A stretch of 64,000 bases of DNA, taken from NCBI GenBank assembly GCA_963719225.1, contig CAVRAY010000001.1, positions 1,984,001 through 2,048,000 of the forward strand, written 5' to 3'. A program made the position numbers and the translations under genes. Of the stretch, positions 58,776 through 64,000 are shown one piece after another (position 1 is the first letter of the stretch; each line of letters opens with the position of its first letter). Source of the DNA: Thermoanaerobaculia bacterium. Lineage in GTDB: Bacteria > Acidobacteriota > Thermoanaerobaculia > UBA5066. The notes beneath the pieces were generated by a model. That model was not told the origin of the DNA, made no database searches, and saw only the letters and a list, made by a program, of their open reading frames with translations.

Positions 58776-60538
58776 GCGCGCACCGGAGAGAGGTCGCGCA
58801 GCTCCTGCGCGAGGAACGACGAGACTTCGTCCGCGGTCGACATCGACAGGGCCGCGCTCGCGACGCGCTCGGCGTCTTTCGTCGAAACTCCGCGCAGGAA
58901 CTCCTTCACGACCGGGACCGTGCGGGGCCCCATCGAGAATTCGCGAATTCCGAGGCCGAGAAAGAGCAGGACGAGCGCGGGGTCCGCCGCCATCTCGCCG
59001 CAAACGGAGAGCGGCTTCTGAGCGGCCCGGGCCGCTTCGGCCACCCGCGCGACGAGTCGAAGCACCGCAGGATGCGTCGGCCGGAACAGGTCCGAGACGG
59101 TCTCGTTCGCCCGGTCCACCGCGAGCGTGTACTGGATGAGGTCGTTCGTGCCGAGAGCGAGGAAATCCGCCTCCGGCGCGAGCAAGTCGGCGGTCATCGC
59201 CGCGGAGGGCACTTCGATCATCGCGCCGAGCGGAATGTCGTCTGGAACGGCGATGCCCCGCTCGAGCACGTCCTCCCGCGCTTCCTTCAGGAGCAGTCGG
59301 ACCCGGCGAATCTCCTCGACGCCCGAGACCATCGGGACGAGGATGCGGAGGTTGCCCGAGGAAGCCGCGGCGAGCAGCGCGCGGAGCTGCGTGGAGAACA
59401 TTTCCGGCCGCGCGAAGCACAGACGTACGCCTCGCAGCCCGAGGACGGGATTGACCTCTGCGGAACCGACGAGGTGGCGGGCCCCTTTCTTGCCGCCGAG
59501 GTCGTACGTCCGGATTACGACGGGTCGGGGCGCAAGGCCTTCGAGAAGCGCGCGGTACGCGCGTGACTGCTCTTCCTCGGACGGGAATTCGTCGCCTTCC
59601 TTCGAAAGGTAGAGGAACTCGGACCGGAAAAGGCCGACCCCGTCGGCTCCGTACTCCAGGACGTCGCGGACCTCGTTCGCGAGCTCGATGTTCGCGCGCA
59701 CGAAGACCTCGGCGCCGTCGGACGTGCGGGTGATCGCGTCGTGGCTGCGCTCCTTGAGCGACTTCTCGTGGCGCGCCTCCTGGTCGCGACGTTCCCGAAA
59801 GAGAGCGACGACGCTCTCGGAGGGCTCGCGCCAGACGAGACCGTCCCGCCCGTCGACCACGACCCGGTCGCCTTCTCCGACTTCCGCCAGAAGATGCGGC
59901 ACGCCGACCACGGCGGGAATTCCGAAGGACCGCGCGAGGATCGCAGCGTGCGACGTGCGGCCGCCGCGTTCTGTGACGAAGCCGACGACACGGTCGCGAG
60001 GAATACGCACGGCGTCGGACGGCGTGAGCTCGTCCGCGACGAGGACGATCGCTTCCCCCGCGAGGTCCTCCATCCTCATGCGCGAGTACTCCTCGCCCCC
60101 GAGATGCTTCTTGAGAATGCGGGCGACGTCGTCGATGTCGGCGCCCTGGTGCGCGAAGTTCTCGTCCGGCAGGCTCCGGAAGCGCGCGGAGAGGTCCGCG
60201 GCCGTTTCCGCGACCGCCCATTCGGCATTGACTTTCTCGTGCGCGATCCGGCGCTCGATCGGGCCGAGAAAGGTGCGGTCCTTCAGGAACAGGGCGTGGG
60301 CCTGGAAGATCCCGGCGTACTCCGTCCCGAGGCTCTCCTTCACGTGCTGCGCCGTGGACTCGATTTCGTGGGCAGCGGACTCGGCCGCCCGCCGGAAACG
60401 CTCGATCTCGGGCTCGATCTCTTCGGGCTCGAGAGCCCGCCTCGGCGAGGAGTCCTCTCGCGAGACCCAGAGCACGGCACGCCCGACGGCGATACCGGGT
60501 GATACGGGAATCCCGGTCAGCGAAAGGGAGCGTTTCAC
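58772..60538 (-). CDS. ptsI: PTS enzyme I
   Basis: GGRTSHAAILARS, GVGLFRSEFL, NPVLGLRG, GTNDLIQY, CGEMA. Confidence 0.97.
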   Translation of the reverse strand: MKRSLSLTGIPVSPGIAVGRAVLWVSREDSSPRRALEPEEIEPEIERFRRAAESAAHEIESTAQHVKESLGTEYAGIFQAHALFLKDRTFLGPIERRIAHEKVNAEWAVAETAADLSARFRSLPDENFAHQGADIDDVARILKKHLGGEEYSRMRMEDLAGEAIVLVADELTPSDAVRIPRDRVVGFVTERGGRTSHAAILARSFGIPAVVGVPHLLAEVGEGDRVVVDGRDGLVWREPSESVVALFRERRDQEARHEKSLKERSHDAITRTSDGAEVFVRANIELANEVRDVLEYGADGVGLFRSEFLYLSKEGDEFPSEEEQSRAYRALLEGLAPRPVVIRTYDLGGKKGARHLVGSAEVNPVLGLRGVRLCFARPEMFSTQLRALLAAASSGNLRILVPMVSGVEEIRRVRLLLKEAREDVLERGIAVPDDIPLGAMIEVPSAAMTADLLAPEADFLALGTNDLIQYTLAVDRANETVSDLFRPTHPAVLRLVARVAEAARAAQKPLSVCGEMAADPALVLLFLGLGIREFSMGPRTVPVVKEFLRGVSTKDAERVASAALSMSTADEVSSFLAQELRDLSPVRA

Positions 60539-60559
60539 CGTCCTATTGTAACGATCCCT

Positions 60560-60829
60560 TCAATCCGCCTCGTCGAACTTCCGATCCACGAGGTTGCGGA
60601 GGGCCTCGAGCGCCTGCTCCTCGTCGCTTCCTTCCACGCGCACGTGGAGGGGCGTGCCCTTGCCGGCCGCGAGCAGCAGGAGACCCAGGATGCTCTTGCC
60701 ATCCACCTCCTCGCCGTCCCGTGAGAGCGAGACTTTCGCATCGAACGAGGAGGCGGCGTGAACGAGCTTTGCGGCAGCGCGCGCGTGCAGGCCAAGCCTG
60801 TTCTTGAGCGTGAGCGTGGCCTCCTTCAC
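60560..60829 (-). CDS. ptsH: Phosphocarrier protein HPr
   Basis: GLHARAAAKLV, DGKSILGLL. Confidence 0.95.
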   Translation of the reverse strand: MKEATLTLKNRLGLHARAAAKLVHAASSFDAKVSLSRDGEEVDGKSILGLLLLAAGKGTPLHVRVEGSDEEQALEALRNLVDRKFDEAD

Positions 60830-61272
60830 CAGCGGGGGCCTCCGGGGGGCCCGTCCACGAGCTCCGCGGCCGCGACGATGGCGCGCCGCCCGCGCTCGAC
60901 GAGCACATGAGCGATTTCCCGCGGACTCTTGCCCTCGCGCACGAGGGCCCGCGCCTTCACGACCATGGGAAGGTTGACGCCCGAGACGATCTCGATCTCT
61001 CCCGGCTCGAGAAAGGCGAGCGCCAGATTCGACGGAGTGCCGCCGAACATGTCCGTCAGGAGGACGACGCCTTTCCCGTGGTTCGCTTCCGAGATGGCCT
61101 TCTCGAGGCGCCGGCTCGAGGACTCGGGCGACTCGTCCCAGGCGAGCGAGAGGGCCCCGAAGTCCTCGGGCTCGTCCGGCTCGAGCATGTGCACCGTCTC
61201 GCGCAACGCGTTCGCGAGCGGTCCGTGCGACAGAAGGAGCAGTCCCACGAAGGGGCCGGCGGAGATCGCCAT
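60826..61272 (-). CDS. PTS mannose/fructose-type EIIA component
   Basis: LSHGPLA, LTDMFGGTPSN, SGVNLPM. Confidence 0.92.
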   Translation of the reverse strand: MAISAGPFVGLLLLSHGPLANALRETVHMLEPDEPEDFGALSLAWDESPESSSRRLEKAISEANHGKGVVLLTDMFGGTPSNLALAFLEPGEIEIVSGVNLPMVVKARALVREGKSPREIAHVLVERGRRAIVAAAELVDGPPGGPRW

Positions 61273-61274
61273 GG

Positions 61275-62144
61275 TCAGTCGAGGGCCTCGTCCCGATGGG
61301 AGACCCGCACGGGATAGCCCATCGTGGTGAGATCGCGCGCGAGGCGCTCGGCGACGTAGACCGAGCGATGCCGGCCTCCCGTGCAGCCGATGCCGATCGT
61401 GAGATACGCGCGGTTCTCGCCGCGGTAGTTCGGAAGGCAGAACGCCAGGAAATCCTTGAGGTGCGCGTAGAAGGGTTCGGTCTGGGCTCCCGCCTCGATG
61501 AACTTCGCGACCTCGCTGTCGCGCCCGGTCCGGGGCCTCAGTCGCGCGTCGAAATGGGGGTTCGCGAGGAAGCGCACGTCGAAGCAGAGGTCGAGCGCGG
61601 CGGGATGGCCGTGCTTGAAGCCGAAGGAAACGAGCGAGACGGCGAGGACGCCGGGATCCCCGGGCTCGCGAAAATGCTGCGCGACCGCGGCCCTGAGCTC
61701 GTGCACCGTCATGGCCGTCGTGTCGATCACGAGGTCGGACCTGGCCTTCACCTCGGCGAGGAGGCGTCTTTCGAACGCGACCGCCTCCCCGAGCGAGCGC
61801 CCGTCCGCGAGCGGGTGCGGCCTGCGCGTCGCCGAGAAGCGGTTCAGAAGCGCGCGGTCGTCACAGTCGAGGAAGAGCACCGTGATCGGAAGTCGCTGTC
61901 GGAGCTTCTCGAGGAGTCCCGGAAAATGCTCGGCGAAGTCCGGGTTGCGCACGTCGAGGATGACGGCGTTCTTTCGCCGCGGCATGCGGCCCGCGGCAAC
62001 CTCTCCGGCGAACTCCTCGAGCAGGGAGAGCGGCAGGTTGTCCACGGTCGTGTAGCCGATGTCCTCGAGGGCATGAGCGACGAACGACTTCCCGGAGCCG
62101 GACAGTCCCGTGGCGACGACGAGGCGCGTCGCGCTCCCCGTCAA
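61275..62144 (-). CDS. rapZ: RNase adapter RapZ
   Basis: TGLSGSGKS, VDNLP, SFGFKHG, FDVRFL, IGCTGGRHRSV. Confidence 0.96.
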   Translation of the reverse strand: MTGSATRLVVATGLSGSGKSFVAHALEDIGYTTVDNLPLSLLEEFAGEVAAGRMPRRKNAVILDVRNPDFAEHFPGLLEKLRQRLPITVLFLDCDDRALLNRFSATRRPHPLADGRSLGEAVAFERRLLAEVKARSDLVIDTTAMTVHELRAAVAQHFREPGDPGVLAVSLVSFGFKHGHPAALDLCFDVRFLANPHFDARLRPRTGRDSEVAKFIEAGAQTEPFYAHLKDFLAFCLPNYRGENRAYLTIGIGCTGGRHRSVYVAERLARDLTTMGYPVRVSHRDEALD

Positions 62145-63163
62145 CGTGCCCTCTCGCGGGCGGAGATCTTGCGCCGGGTCCGCCGCGCGATCGTGAAGCG
62201 ATCCGACGCGGCCTTCCGCGCGATCTCGTCGTGGACCTTTGCGGCGATCTCGCGCGCCGCGTTGAAGCCGCGGCGCTTGAGGAGCTGGTTTCGCGCCGCG
62301 ATCTCGACGAGAAGAGCGACGTCGCGGCCCGTCGCGACGGGCATTTTCACGCGCGGCACGGCCACTCCGAGGATGTCTTCGAACTCCTCGTCGAGTCCGA
62401 GGCGGTCGACCTTCTGCTGCGAATCCCAGTCGGTCAGCTGAATGACGAACTCCACCGTATGCCTCTCCAGAACGGCGGCCACGCCGAACAGCATCGGGAC
62501 GTTGACGATGCCGAGTCCGCGCAGCTCCATGTGATGCCGGATGAGTCCGGACGAAGATCCGATGAGCACGTCATTCGGGAACCGCTGGATGACGACGAGG
62601 TCGTCCGCCACGAGCCGGTGCCCGCGCTGAACGAGAGCCAGGGCGCACTCGCTCTTGCCGACGCCCGATTCGCCGAGAAGGAGCGTTCCGAGGCCCCCGA
62701 CCTCGAGGAGAACCCCGTGAAGGCTCGCGCGCGGCGCGAGCGACTCTTCGAGGAAGGCGGTCAGGCCTTCGATGACGATGCTCGTCATGCGCGACGTCAC
62801 GAAAAGGGGGACACGCCGCCTGCGGCAAAAGCCCGTGAGAACCCGACCGGGATCGATTCCCTTCGTGACGACGACGCAGGCCATCGGAAGCGCCGTGAAG
62901 CCATCGAGACGCTCGCGGGCGATGTTCGGGGGAAGCGTCTTGAGGAACGCGAACTCGCTCTCGCCGAGGATCTGGACGCGGTTCGGCTTCACGTATGCCG
63001 TGAAGCCCGCGATCGCGAGGCCGGGCTTCTGGACCCGGGGCCAGTCGATGAGTCGGTCGAGGCCCTGCTGTCCCGTGACCAGCTTGAGGCCGAGCGACGC
63101 GAGGGCGGTCGCCTGCAGATCGCCCGCATGGAGCGAAGGCTTCGATCCGCTCGGCGGCTGCAT
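62141..63163 (-). CDS. hprK: HPr kinase/phosphorylase
   Basis: HGVLLEV, GESGVGKSECAL, HRLVADD, MELRGLGI. Confidence 0.96.
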   Translation of the reverse strand: MQPPSGSKPSLHAGDLQATALASLGLKLVTGQQGLDRLIDWPRVQKPGLAIAGFTAYVKPNRVQILGESEFAFLKTLPPNIARERLDGFTALPMACVVVTKGIDPGRVLTGFCRRRRVPLFVTSRMTSIVIEGLTAFLEESLAPRASLHGVLLEVGGLGTLLLGESGVGKSECALALVQRGHRLVADDLVVIQRFPNDVLIGSSSGLIRHHMELRGLGIVNVPMLFGVAAVLERHTVEFVIQLTDWDSQQKVDRLGLDEEFEDILGVAVPRVKMPVATGRDVALLVEIAARNQLLKRRGFNAAREIAAKVHDEIARKAASDRFTIARRTRRKISARERAR

Positions 63164-63166
63164 CGT

Positions 63167-63700
63167 CTACTCGGGGACGACGAGGCCGAGGGTTCCGTCG
63201 CGGCGGCGATAGAGAAAGCGCAACGCGTTGTCGAAAGCCGGATCGCGGAAGACCAGGACTTCGCGGCGCGACGCGGCAAACGTCGTGAGCGCGTCCTCCT
63301 CGAACATCGCGCGGGGAGCGAGCGTCTCACGCCGGGGCTCGGCGGCCGTTGCCGCCTCCGGTTGCTCGGCAGGCCAGACCGCTGGACTTCGGACCGCGGA
63401 CGGCGAGCGTTTCTTGACGCCCTTCACCTTCGTGTTCGTCTTGACGACCCGAGCGGCGACCCGGTCCATGACGTCCTGCGCGGCGCTCGGCTGGTCCGCG
63501 GCGCGCGCGGTGGCGGTGAAAATGCCCCGGCGTCCGGCCACGGTGACCTCGACCCCGACATCGTTGCGGCCTCCCGTCACCACGACGCGCGCCTCCGCGC
63601 GACCCGGCAGAACCCGTTCGAGCTTCGTGAGCTTCGTCTGGATGATCTCGCGCAAGCGCGGGTGCAGACGGATGTGCCGGGCCGTGAAAGTCGCCTTCAT
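63167..63700 (-). CDS. hpf: Ribosome hibernation factor (long HPF), divergent
   Basis: FTARHI..KL.KL; C-terminal M.EEDAL..VFRD...LYRRRDGTLGLV; downstream of rpoN. Confidence 0.8.
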   Translation of the reverse strand: MKATFTARHIRLHPRLREIIQTKLTKLERVLPGRAEARVVVTGGRNDVGVEVTVAGRRGIFTATARAADQPSAAQDVMDRVAARVVKTNTKVKGVKKRSPSAVRSPAVWPAEQPEAATAAEPRRETLAPRAMFEEDALTTFAASRREVLVFRDPAFDNALRFLYRRRDGTLGLVVPE

Positions 63701-64000
63701 GATTCCTCCTGCGGGCCGTCCGGATTCGGCCCGTCGGCCGGCTCCGGATCCGCCGCGTGCTCTTCGGACGCGGGCAGGGGTTCGCCGACGCGGCGAATGG
63801 AGCTCGCGGGGATGCGCAACTCCTCGCGATACTTTGCGACGGTGCGGCGCGCGATGCGGATCCCGTCCCTGAGGAGCAGCTCGGCCAGGCGCGCGTCCGA
63901 GAGCGGATGGGCCGGGTCCTCGGCTTCGACGAGGCTCCGGATCTTCCCCTTCACCGCGAGGGAGGACACGTCCTCTCCCATCGACGAGGCGATCGCAGAA
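63697..64000 (-). CDS. rpoN: RNA polymerase sigma-54 factor, C-terminal part (truncated by window)
   Basis: PLSD...IARRTVAKYRE RpoN box. Confidence 0.95.
   Translation of the reverse strand, partial: SAIASSMGEDVSSLAVKGKIRSLVEAEDPAHPLSDARLAELLLRDGIRIARRTVAKYREELRIPASSIRRVGEPLPASEEHAADPEPADGPNPDGPQEES

Overview
High-GC (roughly 68-70% by eye) bacterial chromosome segment. The gene content (LptF-LptG fusion, Ser/Thr kinase with TPR neighbour, rpoN-hpf-hprK-rapZ-PTS-miaB block) suggests Acidobacteriota; this is an inference. It is mostly housekeeping DNA: nfeD/slipin, lipA, lnt, frameshifted prfB, hppD/hmgA, xerD, guaA, dnaE, metK-sahR-ahcY. It also holds a ~14.6 kb signal-transduction accessory block after guaA and one intact IS5-family element with a CTAG target duplication. 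The main observation is a clear XerCD dif site (53568-53595, XerD arm identical to E. coli) where gene orientation converges, so this is probably the replication terminus. Directly beside dif lies a DUF151-parA-parB-like operon whose ParB has a non-canonical recognition region. A repeated motif I do not recognise (consensus ~CCTTCTAAGRRWATC, 11 exact TTCTAAG cores by manual scan) occurs as inverted pairs ~66-77 bp apart. These pairs bracket dif on both sides and sit upstream of the operon, and further copies are embedded in coding regions. Together this is a candidate undescribed terminus-organising ParABS-like system. All calls come from reading the sequence; no searches were run.
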